Of a stretch of DNA of 64,000 bases, positions 24,123 to 37,872 are shown piece by piece; position 1 is the first letter of the stretch; the number at the start of each line of letters is the position of its first letter. Source of the stretch: Sphaerodactylus townsendi (Eukaryota); the NCBI RefSeq assembly GCF_021028975.2, contig NC_059431.1, positions 56,606,001-56,670,000 on the forward strand, in the 5' to 3' direction. The position numbers were made by a program, and so were the translations under genes. Below the pieces are notes generated by a model. The model was not told where the DNA came from, did no database searches, and saw only the letters and a program-made list of their open reading frames with translations.

Positions 24123-26879
24123 GGGATATCAAAATTTAGTTTTCATAAAATTATTACAAGCTCTGATTAAGTAATGCAATCATTAAGGCTAAATACTTAC
24201 CAAAAAAAACTAATATGAAGAAATGAATTATTCAAATATCCTTAAGAATGTTGCCATTTAAAGTATAGGCCATAGTAATTTAGCTTCATAAATATGTTTT
24301 AAGTTTTTTAATGCTAATTTTACTTTTCGGTTTTATAACCCTTGAGCAGTTTTAAATGAGAAGCAGCCCCCCCCCCCCCCCCCGTTTTTGGATTTGCTTC
24401 AGGCACTGTGGCATACCAATAGCACGACTTGTGCTGCCAAACAGCCCAAGATATTTGCAACTAGATAAATCACTTTATAGGACTATTATTAATGAGTATG
24501 CATATGATCCAATCAAAGATAAACGTATTTAAGCCTTTCTCTCTCACACACATAAGCCTCCTCTTAATTTAAAGTGGGTTAGCTAAATACATGCTTTATT
24601 CATTCCTAACTGAAATACACCGCATTATGCTGAACTGCAGAATCAAGCCATTAAATGTGAAATCAGCTGTTATTGAGGCCTAATTTAAACCTGAGGCTGG
24701 TGAGGCAAACTGTTTCCTTTGCACAGATTCTGAGTTTTCTACTCAGTTTTCTACTGTACTGAGGAAGGAAATGAGGCCGCATCAGTGGGCAGGAAAAGAT
24801 AATGGAGAGTACAGTACAAGGCGGAGAGTTTATCTAGCTCTTTTAAACCACTACATTCAAATTGTTCAAGTTGGTATAATAGCAGCTAGGACATGGAAAA
24901 CTTTTTAGTTATTTTTATATAAAGTTTTAGTTAAAGTGTGATTACCTTTAAACACAAAATAGAGGCTAGATGGAATTTTCCTTCTCTTGTCTAGTTTGTT
25001 GTTTATCGTAGAAAGAAAAACCTCCTGTTATGTTTAGGACCTTCACTCCCACCTTTCAGGACATCTGGCCTGGTTGGGTGATTGCACCTGTTGCTTGTCA
25101 AAAGGAACAGCCTAAAGTGTGAATTATTTCCTGAACTGCAGAGAGTAACTCAACAGGGAGTTGATAGCTCTGTGACTTCAAGGATGTGCCAGGAACATTA
25201 TGCATTCCAATAAGCCCTGAATTAGACTCTTGTTCCACTTCTAAGAGATAAGGATATTAGCCATAGTTTGGGTTATTGTTTTATGACCTTGCAGTGGAAG
25301 GGTTTCATTTTCACCAAGCTGTAATGTTGCCCTATGTCTCATTACCATAGTAAAATCCCCACCTCCGGGCCCCTCTTTTCCTCCATTTTCTGGTCATGGG
25401 TTGCACGTAATTGTGTGAAGGGGCCGTAACCTGTCCTTTCATGTAAAAGGTTGTGCCAAAGTGATGTAACAGCTGATATAAGGAAGACTGGCATGTGTTT
25501 TCCTATATAACCTCTGAACTTTGATTGTATTATTGCTTCTACCTTTAGTCAGATGCTGATTTTGGGCTGCAGCTGTTTAGATTTTCAGTTAAAAAGAATT
25601 TTTTTGTGACTTGTGTGCATACATTTGTTCTACCAAGGCAGTTTACAATAAATTGATTGCCAAAGACTATTTAAAGGAAAATAAATCTAGGTAATTCAGT
25701 AATTCATATGTACCTAGATTTTAACTGAAATGATGGTAGGGAAATTTAAATGTTTTCAAATAATGAGGTTGCTGATGCAACCCTCCTTAAGTACATTCTA
25801 TATAAAATATTACTTAGATTACAATCACAAAATTTCTTATTTCTGGTTATAGTCCTCTGCCAGATGTTGGGAAAACAATGGTAATGGAAACAGACAGGAC
25901 TAATTCTGCTTTGTTAGTGCTATTTGGAAACCCTAATGTACCAAGCATGAGAAATACACTGATGTGAAACCAGCGCAATGAAGGAGACAATCTGCCTTTT
26001 CCTTTAATGTTGAATACTCAATGGTTTGCTTTTGATGATGGTTGTCAAAATGGTTTACTGAAATGAGAGTGATTTCAGCCACATGTGTCTTAGAAACAGA
26101 TTTCCTTCTTGGGTCCCAAAGATGGAACCGATTATGCAATTGCTACTAAGACTGACACAGTTTTAAATATGATTAAGTCCTTTATCATTCTTAGGGCTGT
26201 AGGGTATTCAGTTGACTTTGGAGATGATACTATAAGAGAATTTTGGCAGAAATCTGTAGTAAAATATTTTTTAAAATAAATTATGAAATGGAAAGAGATA
26301 TAGTGAATTTTTGTTCACAAGTATCACACAGACTTTCTTTTAACATCCTTGAAGTTGTTGTTAAAGTCAGGAGTGCACTACTCTACATGTACATTGGTGC
26401 TATAAACACCTGGAATACTGAATACTCGATAATATACAGTTCAAATTAAAACACGGAGGCATTCCTAATATTCTCAACATTTAAAATGGCAGCCAATTTT
26501 GTAATCCTAAGAAGATAGCTGTAAATAAATAAGAAAGCTCAAGTTCTGTGTTCAATTTGCATGGGCCCAATTTGCCATTTACCAGAATATTTTATCCTGT
26601 TTCAGAAATTTCAACCCCTCAGAATTATTTTTCAAGCAGTTTTTGATTTCTTAAAATCAGCCCTATATAACTCAAGATAGCTAATACTAAAACATTCAAT
26701 GTTTATATTTCAGCAAAACTAATTTCATGTGTATTATTAGGAAATCTTATAGCACAGCCAAGGCAATAACAAAGCTTCTGAAGATCCTGCAAATCAATAT
26801 CCTAGTACAAATCCCTGGCAGTTATTATAGTGTGACAGGATGTAGCAGTAAAATGTTTAAAATGTTCAGCAACAGACAA

Positions 26880-27266
26880 AAGGGTGCACGCCTTTTGGTC
26901 ACGTGGGGGGGGCAGGCACAAGGAGCCCTCCACGCTACAAAACGGCATGTGCCCCAGCCGCATGCCACTGAGCCCTGCCCCCCTGCAGGGAGGTGGAGTG
27001 GTTGAGGCTTGGTGGCGAGTGGCGGCGAGTGACTGCAGTGCCCACCTGGGATGCCTGCCTCCGCCACTGAGCCCCGCCCTGGCCTCCATGCAGGTCGGCT
27101 TTTGCCCTGGGAATGGCAGGAGCCAGCCTGCAGAGAGGCAGAAGCGGAGCTCGGTCCAAGCCCCCCATGCCAGGCCTCACCCCTGAGCCCGAGGGAGGGG
27201 GCATGCAGGGGCGGTGCCCAGAGGAGGTGTTGCCCCTGGGTGCCATTTCCCCTTGATATGCTTCTG
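26880..27266. mobile_element. GC-rich MITE fragment related to the CAGGGGCGTA family
   Basis: Right end ttgcccctgggtgccatttccccttgatatgcttctg resembles the reverse complement of the 52657 terminus. Similar ends occur at ~2010-2045 and ~51030-51065. Confidence 0.5.
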
Positions 27267-30200
27267 GTCCTGGGTTCAAGTCACATGTTGCAGAGAGTAT
27301 TGCTTATGCAAACTCTAGCTTTTTGTAGAGGCAACTGAGCATGATATATTCAAAATGATGCTCAAAAGGCACAGAAAAAGCTCCGCACTGTTCTTATTCA
27401 TAATTTGTGCCAGAATTCTAGAAACTGCATTATCAAAGGCCAACAGCACATCATGCCATTTGCTAAAGTCTTCAGAGTGCAGAAAATCTGTGTTTTAATC
27501 TGGTGGTATAGAACTACATCTATATCCTTCAACTACAGAAGTGAGCAACCTTATTCAGCTTGAAGTTCATGGTTCAGTCATCTCATGTCCTCTATGTACA
27601 TCACAAGCTCAGCAACTACAATCCTTACTGTGGGGTGTCAAGTTTTGTTTCCACCAATGTCATGTGTTCCTTTTGCCCTACCAGCAATTGCTACAGTAAA
27701 CACTTACAATTTTGCCATGAGGGCAACCATGTCTCCTTAACTGATTTTGTATGTTGGTTGTGTTCCAGAAGTGCTGAAACAGATCGAACATGCTGATCAA
27801 TGCCAAATGTGGAGACACGATGTAGTGTGCCAGTTTCCACAAAGAAAAATAAAATAAATCTGAACCATTTGCATATGCTGGCAAAGGTTTTGATAGTCGA
27901 GATATGGCAGTTCTAGGCAAAACTAGTAGCATTTTCTTCAACTAAAGTATTATATATCCTTTTCTGTCCTTGTTGAAACATCTTGTTAAACTTAAGGCTA
28001 CATCTTTTAAGACATTTTGCGATGAGTCAAATCAATATATCCTCTGCTCCTTTACCTTCATCAAGTCTATTGAGTGTCACTTTTGCTGGCAGTTCATTGA
28101 TGACAGCGTATTCTTGAAGGTTATCCACAGAAGCCGTGCATCAACAGCTGCCCCTCTGCCTATTGTTGGGCCCTGTAAATGTTCAGCTGCCACTTCCTGA
28201 CACACTACACAAAATTCCCAGTCATTTTTAGAAGGAGCTTAACTTCCAGGATCTTCAGCAGTGTTCATCAATGTCAACCACTTAACAATAGGTGTCCTGC
28301 TACTAGAAGTTCTTTGAAATAAATTTGAAAAAGGGAGGTATAAGTAGCCAGTTGAGTGTGCTGAAATGTAAATGTTGACTATTATAGTATGAAGCACTGC
28401 TAGTTCAATGGAGGTGACTTCAAAAATTTAAAACTAATTCTATGGCTGATAATTTCTGAAGGAGAATGATATTTTGAAAAATTGTAATGCTTTAAAGATA
28501 ATTACAGGAAACCTCCCAGAGAAATTCTGTTACAGTAATGTTAATGGTTCATTTTAAGGAAAATGGATGTGAGAGTGATCTAGCTGTGAAAGCCGGGAAT
28601 GCCCTTACCTAAGTTTGCCATCTTTGGAAATTTAGGGGCAGAGTCTGGGGTGGTAGAAGGGAGCTCAGGAGAGATGGGGGAACCAATCCCTGAAGTCTGG
28701 GAATCATTTGTAATTCTGGGAGATCTCCAGAACTCACCTGGAGATTGGCAGCCCTACTCCTTCCACCAATTTGGAAACCCCATTAGGACTTTCCTCCTGA
28801 ACTGATGGAAACACTGGGAAATTTCTGATGGAAAAACTGGGAAATTTTGGAAAGCACACAAAATATCCCTCATATGAGATATATTTTTCTTTGAAATGAC
28901 TGAAATGCTTTTAAAAGTAAAGCTTCGTTCATTCCAACTGAATAGCATGAAAAGCTGAGGACTCCCCCACCTTTCTACTGGAAATATTGGGGAGTACAGG
29001 AAAAAAAATCCTATGAGATGATATATGTTGTTATGCAATGACTGAAATGCTTTGTAAGTTAAGTAAAGGTTTAGTCACTCAAAATAGTGTCTGATGACTT
29101 TATTTTCAGTTTTTCTATTGGAGAGTACTGAAAAATACTCTGACATATATATATTGGAATGAGTAAAATGTGCCCAGACAGCTGCAATCCACTGTATACT
29201 ATGCTATCTCTTGATTTTTACTGGGTACATATGCCATTTTGTTTATAGAAAACTAAGGCTTTTATGCTTTTCAATTCCATTATTATACCAATTTTATATG
29301 CTAAAACACATATATTGCATTTTATGTTGTTAATGCAGAACACAGATCTAGTTGTGATAAGAAAGTATTATATAAATTTCTATTTTCTGGCAGGAAAAAA
29401 AATGGCAACCCCCTCCTTTCCACCCCTTATGGTTTCAAAATTTCTGGAAATTTTACATCTTTGTTACAAATATCAACTAACTCCACAATTGGTGGACAGT
29501 ATGAATTTCAATAATATTGGCAGAGTCTTGCTATATTAATTCACACTTTATATGCACTCTAAGCATGTAAGAACCTACATGCTTTTATCACAAAATATAC
29601 TATTTCACCCCTTTTTGTGGCGATGATGCTATGTACCAGTGAATCTGGCTTTTCAGTCGTAATAGCACTGATTTGTTCTATGCTAAGTTTCTATACCTTA
29701 CAATAGAACATACAGATTCTATTTAAGCCAGATGCTATGAGTTCTCCTGGACCCAGAGTAAATGCCACTGTCTGAGCATTTCAGCTATAGAAACCTAACA
29801 AATGAGCCAAATGGACAAAAGGACAACTGTGTGTGCTCACATACTTCCAATTCATTTCAGTGCCCTGGAGTGGTCTGGAGTGGTCACTTGTGGATTATGT
29901 CACTGGATTTGCTCTAGTGGTTGCAATAATAGTGTGATATAACGTCATATAAAGTTATACTATTTTCTACTTCTGTAGAGGCAGGGTTCTTTATTAAGAT
30001 TTTTAAAAGGAAAAAATGCAACTGTATTTGTATGATAATTTTGGATAGTTATCCAAAATAGGTGCCACTACTGTAGCAATCCTTAGAGGAGAAGTTCTGA
30101 AATCTGTAAAGTGATTATTCACCAAGAAGTGACAGTGACAAAATATATAGCAAGATGTGGGGCTGGTAAATTATTTAATGTAGGTGGGTAGACTAAATTA

Positions 30201-33200
30201 TCTGAGGACAGAAGTAAAGCATTTGGTTGACACTTCTTAAATGGTAGTCAGAACTATGAGAACATCTCAGATTTCCAGGAGTCTCCTTTCCCTAGAAGAC
30301 CTTATGGAACTCAGAACTGATTGAAATATTATACTAGAACATGTTGGAAGCCACTACTATGTGATTCCTTGCAGAGGGACTGCCATATTGATGCTCCAGT
30401 TATTGGTAGTCACTAGTCCTGGTGTGGACACTGTGCAATCACTGCAAAATATACACAACTTGATCTTGGAGGTGCTGTTGCAAAAAAGCAAGCTTGGTGG
30501 GTTCTATTGAGAAGCATAACATTTGAATCAGCCCTTAATGTTATGTATTTGCATGCATTAGAGTCTACTGCAGTTCACTGTCTCTATAGTAGTCACAATA
30601 TTCCTCTATCTGTAAGATGCAATTAGGCCAGCTGTTTGTCATGAACAGTGTAACCATTTATGCCTATTGGTGTGGTTTTAATTCACCTTTGATTCCTGAT
30701 TCAACCCAGCCATACAGTTTTTAGCTTTCCAAACCTGATGAAGCCTATAATTTTATTTTTATTTGCAGGTTTATAATCCACTTTTGGCTTACTGGATTCC
30801 TGAGGGGGCTCACAATGTGAAATTGGTCATAAAAATAGAGTCAATTTTCATGTTCAGCAGCTAGCTCATTCCTAGGAATCAGTGCTCATGCGAACAAATA
30901 ACTTCTGTGAGTTGTGTAATACCAGAACCATGAACTCATGTGAGATGATGGTTTCTCTTCTGTGAACACTTTTCTCTCATTGGAAATGGAGCCATGATCT
31001 TGTAAGTGTCTCCAATGATACACCATTGATATGACCACTGGTTTCAGGAAGTGCGCCAGCAAATGAATGCAAGAACTGCCTCAGAGTGCATCACTTGTTC
31101 TGACATAGAGGGAAATGAAAAAAGGTATGCAATTTGTTTGTATATATATAAATGGCTCAACTAACATTTGGCCCAATTTTTGAATAACTGATGCAATACC
31201 ACAACAACAGCAAACCCAGTATAGGTGAGACACATCTGGATTCCATTTCCAACACTTTTACTGAAAGGGACAGCTTGGGAGACTGTAGACATCAAAGTAC
31301 CAAAACTGAAAACAGAACTGTTGGCTGCAGATTTAACTAATGAACATAAGGATAATATATAGTACAGTTTCTTAGGAAGAGAACAAGCAGTAGACAAGGG
31401 ATAATAGGGTAATGAGGGTCAAGGACATGTCATTGATAAGAGAATATGACTTTACTTTCTTCATTTATAGTCTTTGGTTAGTAGGAGATCTAAACACAGC
31501 ACTGTAGTACTACTTATAGTAAAGGGGAGTAAAGCCTTGGAGCATTCAACACAAAGGGTTTTCTATAATGGGAAATGGCAGGGGAGAGACTATATACAAT
31601 GGCAGCAGAAGGGAGGGTTAGACTGCAATGTGAGAGAAATACTGGTGTGTTCATAAAGGTGATGACAGATAAACTAATGTTACAAGCACAGTAAGAAACA
31701 AAAGAAAAATAAACCCACATACTCCGGAAATGAATCTTCATTTTCCCTTTTGCAGAGGACAAAGAACACATCAACAGGAAAATGGAAAATTTGCTAGGAA
31801 GAATTGGAGGGAAGAATTGTTGGTTGTTACAGAGTTCTCTCCTCTATATGTCTTGCATCAGCAGAAGGTGTATTATGGTGGTCCAAATGCAAAAAACGAG
31901 AAAGAATATGGTACATGTGCTTTGATGCTATGAGCTGTGCACTGCACTCCACATTTTCATCTTAGCAAGAATTGTAAGGGTTCTTCCAATCATCAGTTCC
32001 GGAGTATATTTAGCTACTGAAGCTGTGGTGCACACAAATGTCACATTCCCATGAGTCAACCCATTTAATTATCCCCATTTCTTGCATACCCCCTCCAGAT
32101 ATTCCCTGAGATGCTTGTGCTGAATTAAAAGCTGAACATATGGATGTGACATCATCAAGGCATTAAAGGTGAAGCAGCAAGTGGCTTAAGAATTAGTACA
32201 ATTAGAGGCAAGTCATTTTTGCTAGGGGAGAAACAGAGACAAAAGCACTGCCACAGAATTAACATAACCACAAAAATAACACTAACAAAGCACTCTGCCA
32301 AAAAAATAATAATAAAGGCATAACATATTTTTGTGAAAGAAAATAAAATCCACATCCAAAATGAATACAATGAAAATCAAGCGCAACACTGTTTTTCATG
32401 TTTTTAAAAAGTTTGCATAACATCTCTTTCCTTTGCCCTTGAAAAATAATTTACAATATTAAGAGAGTTTGATCTGAATGCCATTTGGGCTTGGGGTGGG
32501 CAAGGGAAGGAGGGGAGAGCACACAGATATGTGATAATGATAAAGAACCATGCGGTCACCTCTGCCACCATTGTTTGTTTGCTTTAACGTGTATGGACTG
32601 CTTCCAGCTTTGCTAATGATCTTAATTAGGTTGCAAAGAATGCACAAAATTTAAATAATCAAGTCAAGAGCTAATAAAGCCTTTAGTGTTACTCCATCAA
32701 GAGCTGAATTCAGGTGAAAACTATCATGGCCCGTCAGCTTTATACTTATGAGAGTAGTTTCACTGGAAATTGTTTTGAAAGTGGAGGGAGAATGCAGTAT
32801 GGCTTGAAAAGCAGCTGGTTTGCCTTCAAGGCAGCTGCTGTGCAAAGGAGTGGTGAAGTCTAGAAACCAGGAAGAACAAATAATCTGAATTAAATCTGAA
32901 AGATCTGTTCTCTGCCTATTGGAAATGGAGGCGATTGTGGATTCATAACAATCAATTAACTTTAAATAAATTTGCAAGACCCACTGAAAATAATGGAAGC
33001 TTCACAATTTCGACTTAAAAGGACAGTGTGCTGAGGTTCGCCTTTAACAAACGACTTGTTTCTGATTGCTTTTAATTCATGAACAGACTTAATTCATGCT
33101 AAGCACACTTATGCCCCTCTAAGATCACTGACTTCAATGAACTTAGAAGGGTATAACTGTGCTTTGGATGTCACCGTTAAATTGCAAGCTCAAACCACAA

Positions 33201-34366
33201 ACAAAATAGTAGTACATGGAAGTCTCACTGAAACTCAGGGCACAAACTGTGCTAAAACCTAGAAAGAATATGTGAAGCTAGAGAAGAATGAAAGGAACAG
33301 GATTCGACCAAATTACTTCCCAGACTACAGCATTTTTGCTGGAGCCACTATCCACGTACAATGAGCCAATCTATCTTCAAACAGTCTGCTAAAAAAAGGT
33401 TGCTACTAGTAGCATTACCACATTACCACAGAACACATTAGCATGCCTCTTTTCTCTGTTTTGAGGATGAGTTGTCAGCTGTCAATTTAGGAGACTGTTA
33501 ATTAGAATCAGGCTACCCCAGCTTTAAGGATTAATTAAAAAATATAAATACTAGTGCCTAACCACTCATGGCCTGTTTGTGAATGCACAGGAGTGGGAGA
33601 AGGGAGGCTTCTAACAGCATCCAAGAACTGGAAAAAATACAGCCATACTGTAAAGTCACAATATTAAAACAATGCATGAACAACTGGGTTTTACAGGGTG
33701 AAACAGCAAAATCCACTAGCAAACAATTGCTAAAATGCATTGAAAGGGGACTGAAAGCGCATTATTCAACATGTGTGAAAGTGCTTGAAAATATGACCAC
33801 TCTTTTCAAGAAAACAAAAACCTACATAAGCTAACCAAAATGGCAACAGCTCTGTTCATGGTATCCGGTTCTTTATATTCCAGTGAAATGAATGGAGGTA
33901 GCTAAAGCGTCTGTTCATTTCAGTTGAACTTATATGGGGCATTTTCTGATGCATTATGCACTTAATTTCAGTAGGATTTTCATAACACTAGTAAGTGGCT
34001 TGAGCTTGCAGCTTAAACAAATTAAACATCAAAAATACTTTCATACACTTGGGTGGAAGTGGAAAATGGTGAATAACGTAAAGCTGAGGATCATCTTCCA
34101 TCATCATCTGAACTAACTTAAACTTTCTAAGATGTCCTCAAACACGTTAAACTTTAAATCTTGCATTTGTTCCACATGGTTTTCTTCATCACTGAACAGC
34201 CAGAACCGAATTTAAATTTTGCTTTGGCCCTCTTTTTTTGGAGATAAGCTTTTAATGACATGGTAAGACTTTTATTACATGTCGCCATGCTCCAGCTGGA
34301 AGCAGTTACACTGCAGTCACTCCTCTTCCCTCCCTACCACAGGAAGAATGATTTCCAAGGCCTTAC

Positions 34367-34531
34367 CCTTCTTGTCTTGGTGATTATGGGATGAAACAGC
34401 CACATATGGATTTGTGTTTTCAGATGAGCCAACTGGATCCTTCCAATCTAGCATGCGCCCCCAAGCATCATAGCTCTGTTGGGCTGGAGAGTCTGAAGTG
34501 GTGGTGCTGGGAAGTAGGGAACTGGAGTGCC
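34367..34531 (-). CDS. SEMA6A: SEMA6A stalk exon (165 nt, phase 1-1): GHSSSLLPSTTTSDSPAQQSYDAWGRMLDWKDPVGSSENTNPYVAVSSHNHQDKK
   Basis: Acceptor gcaacag|GG, donor G|gtaagg. Lies within ORF 34317..34592; both ends match human GHSSSLLPSTTTSDS...VSSHNHQDKK. Confidence 0.96.
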
Positions 34532-35114
34532 CTGTTGCATCATAAATACAGTTAGGCAAGGTGAAAACAAGTAGCCTGGCAACAAACAACATTTCCAGAG
34601 GAAGGAAGTATATTCAGCATTTTCAGTGAAGACGCTCTTAAAAGCTAAGTCAAGGATTTACACTCCAAGAAGAGACACAACGCCCAAGAAAATACTTACA
34701 CAGAGTAGCAATTAAAACACTGATTCCAAATTCTGATTTTTTTTGCAAAAGGAAAGTGTCCTTAAATGGACTTTTCAAACACAGAGTTCTAGAACCTTCA
34801 ACCAGGAAGGTCCTGCTCCTGATTCATCTCAGATCATTACAAAAGACATGTCCCAAAGATCTCAGAAAATATCAGAGGAGAGGTCATAAGGGTGAATATG
34901 ACTATTTACTATATAGGGAGACTGTGGGCTTGCTTCAGTGAAAAGGACAGAGAAAGTACTGTTGGAAATAAAGTGAAGGAGAACCAGCAGAATTTGGAGG
35001 ACATGTGGTGTATGCAAACCAATGCAGAGTGCCAGAAGTGGAAGCTGTTGCTGGCAGCCACATGAAGATTTCAGTATGGTACAGGAATGTATTGGTGAAG
35101 GCTTTCACGGCTGG

Positions 35115-35265
35115 ATTCAACTGGTTGTGGTGGGTTTTCTGGACTGTGTGGTCGTTGTCTGATGGATCTTGTTCCTAACATTTCGCCTGCATCTGTGGCT
35201 GGCATTTTCAGAGGTGTATCACAGATAGAAGTCTGTTACACACTGTGTCTAGTGAGAAGGGAATG
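35115..35265 (-). mobile_element. Penelope-like retroelement terminal fragment
   Basis: catttcgcctgcatctgtggctggcattttcagagg resembles the typical squamate Penelope pLTR core. Confidence 0.65.
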
Positions 35266-36609
35266 GTATAGGAAGTTTAGCCTATGTTATTATTTCCACG
35301 TATATAACTAGTTTGCAGGAAAGCAGGTCAGATTCACACTGTTTTTACTGGGGCTTTAGCTACCAGATACTACAGCTAATCATTAACATGATTAATTTAT
35401 CGGACTGTACCCCAGGCTGAAGAATTACACTGACAAGGGCACTGTATTATGTTTTATCTGTTCTGACAAGGAGTGCAATTCCACCAGTGCCCATTAATAA
35501 TGAAACTTGGGAGTTGCCGTTCAGGATTTCTGAAATAATTCCTGAAACTGAGGCTGGGAAGAGAACAAAATGGGCAAACACTTCCACAAAGATCTACAAA
35601 GAAAACACAAAAAACCTGCTAGAGATCTTGGTTTCAGCCTCAGGACCCATTCTGATGACCTTACTGCCTAGCATTGTAAACATTCCAAAAAGGGTTGCTG
35701 ACGATAATATCAGTAAAAACATGTGGCTTCTGTAACTTGTACTACTCTGAAAAGGAAAAAAAAATCTGTACAATGGCATGCCTGTCAGCCTCTCAATCAT
35801 CTTACAACCATTCCCTTCTTAAGTGCTCAAGCAGCATACAACAATGGAAGTATGTATAGGTCTCTGAGTTTACTCCTACCTGTTCATTTACTTTGGAACA
35901 TCACAAAATCATCTTTGTTTTTATAAGCCATGAGTTTTCCACATAAGAAAACAATTAGTTATATCCAAAAACATTAAATGAAGCAATTATTAGATAGCAG
36001 TTATGTTTTAGACCTGGATTTGATATGAATTTGGCAGTCATATCTCAGTACAGATACTTTTCGTTTAGATGTATTCAAGGGGCCATTTCATGGTTAAATT
36101 GTACATATGGTTAAGGAAAACCTTTTCTTAATACGGTAATCTCGAGGACATATTTGCCCAAGGGACACATTCTCTGCAGTATGTGTTCCCAAACCATATG
36201 CTACAACTATGTGGAGATCTCACTGGTAATGGAAAACTATTGCTATGTAAAGAAATTAATGAGTACCAGATGGTAGTAGGGCAAGAAAGGGTTTCACACA
36301 AATGTGAAAAAATCAGCCCATTCCCTTTGCTACTAATAGGTTAGTCTACTGCACACAGAAATGATTTTCTACATGGAATCAAGATAAAGTCTCTTCCTTT
36401 ATACTAAACATAAACTGAGATGAGGCTGAATCATACTACACTTTTCTACTTCATTCAGATCTAGTCTTGTAAATGCTAACTTTTACTGAGCAGTGCCAGT
36501 GATGAATGGCTTTTGGCAAGTGTTCACCCTAGGGATACTGTGCTTGCCCAAAGCTGTATATTCTATATGCACGTTTAAACAGCACATAATGGAGTATTCT
36601 ATACAGCTC

Positions 36610-37229
36610 CAGCGATGGCGAACCTTTTCGAGACCGAGTGCCCAAATTGCAACCCAAAACCCGCTTATTTATCGCCAACACGGAAATTTAACCTGAATAT
36701 TGAGGTTTTAGTTTAGAAAAAATGGTTGGCTTGGAGTCGTGTGTTACTCAGGAGTAAGTTTGGTGGTAGTCGGTGGCTTTGCTTTGAAGCAACCGTGCAA
36801 CTCTTCTAATGGGTGAATCACAACCCTAGGAGGGTTTACTCAGAAGCAAGCCCCATTGCCAGCAACCAAGCTTACTCCCAGGTAAAGGATCACGCTTTAG
36901 TTCTTTGCATGAAAATCAGTGGGGTTTAACAGCACTTAACAGGGTTACCTACACCACTTCCCCAAAACTAGGTCTTAGGTTTATTTATTTATTTATTTAT
37001 TTATTGGTTCCACTTTTATACCGCCCTCCCCCAAAGGGCTCAGGGCGGTTTACATCACAATTTACATTGTGATGTAAATGCTAATAATGTGATGTAAATG
37101 CTAATAATCAAGCCCAGCGGACCAGGCCAGCTTATAGGTGTGGGGGGAAGGGCACTCTGTTTGCGTGTGCCCACAGAGAGGGCTCTGAGTGCCACCTCTG
37201 GCACCCATGCCATAGATTCGCCACCACTG
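36610..37229. mobile_element. hAT (Charlie-like) non-autonomous element with a nested retroposon tail at ~36980-37066
   Basis: TIR cagcgatggcgaacct / agattcgccaccactg. Internal (ttta)n followed by ataccgccc...gctcagggcggtttaca is a reverse-oriented L2/SINE 3' end. Confidence 0.75.
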
Positions 37230-37736
37230 AGCTAGACCAACAGTTAATTTAGCTTAGTGCTGGCTTCCCAGACAGTCAGCTTCACAGAATCTCTGACGGA
37301 GGTCCTTCCACGAACTGCTTTATGAGTTCTTTTAACAAGTTGTAGCAGACTATTTCCAAAGATTTCTAAAATACAGATCCTCCCAAGGAATTAAATTAGA
37401 TTCTTCACAATCATACAATAAATACCTTTTAAATAGTACTGTGGTCTTTTTGAACAAGTATCAACATACTAATAGTTTTCAAACATTGCTCTGTCAATTT
37501 CAAAGAAAAACCCAAATGTTCATATTTCAAATGAGTTTGATTTAAAATTTTGCTTCATATATGAAAGTACTGTATTTATGACATTAGAAACTCACAGCTC
37601 TAATGATATAATGAGAAGTTGGATGCAGTTAGATCATTTCATGTCAAGCAACTTGAAAACTTTGAGGCAGGTTATCAATACATGTTTGACATTGGTTTTA
37701 ATAAACTACAGCAGTTACAGTGTGCTACATACTATT

Positions 37737-37872
37737 CAGTGGTGGGATTCAGCAGGTTCGCATCACTTCGGCAGAACCAGTTGTTAAAATGGTGCTTGTA
37801 AACAATCAGTTGTTAAATTATTGAGTTGCCACAACCGGAACTGGTAGTTAAATTATTTTAATCCCACCACTG
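37737..37872. mobile_element. 136-bp hAT MITE, same family, opposite orientation to 23987-24122
   Basis: TIRs cagtggtgggatt...aatcccaccactg; perfect 8-bp TSD atactatt. Confidence 0.9.

Noticed and set aside
33085-33178. Hairpin resembling a pre-miRNA
   Set aside because: Looks like a decayed copy of a common short palindromic repeat (cttctaag..ttgacttcaatg..cttagaag), with other fragments in the window.
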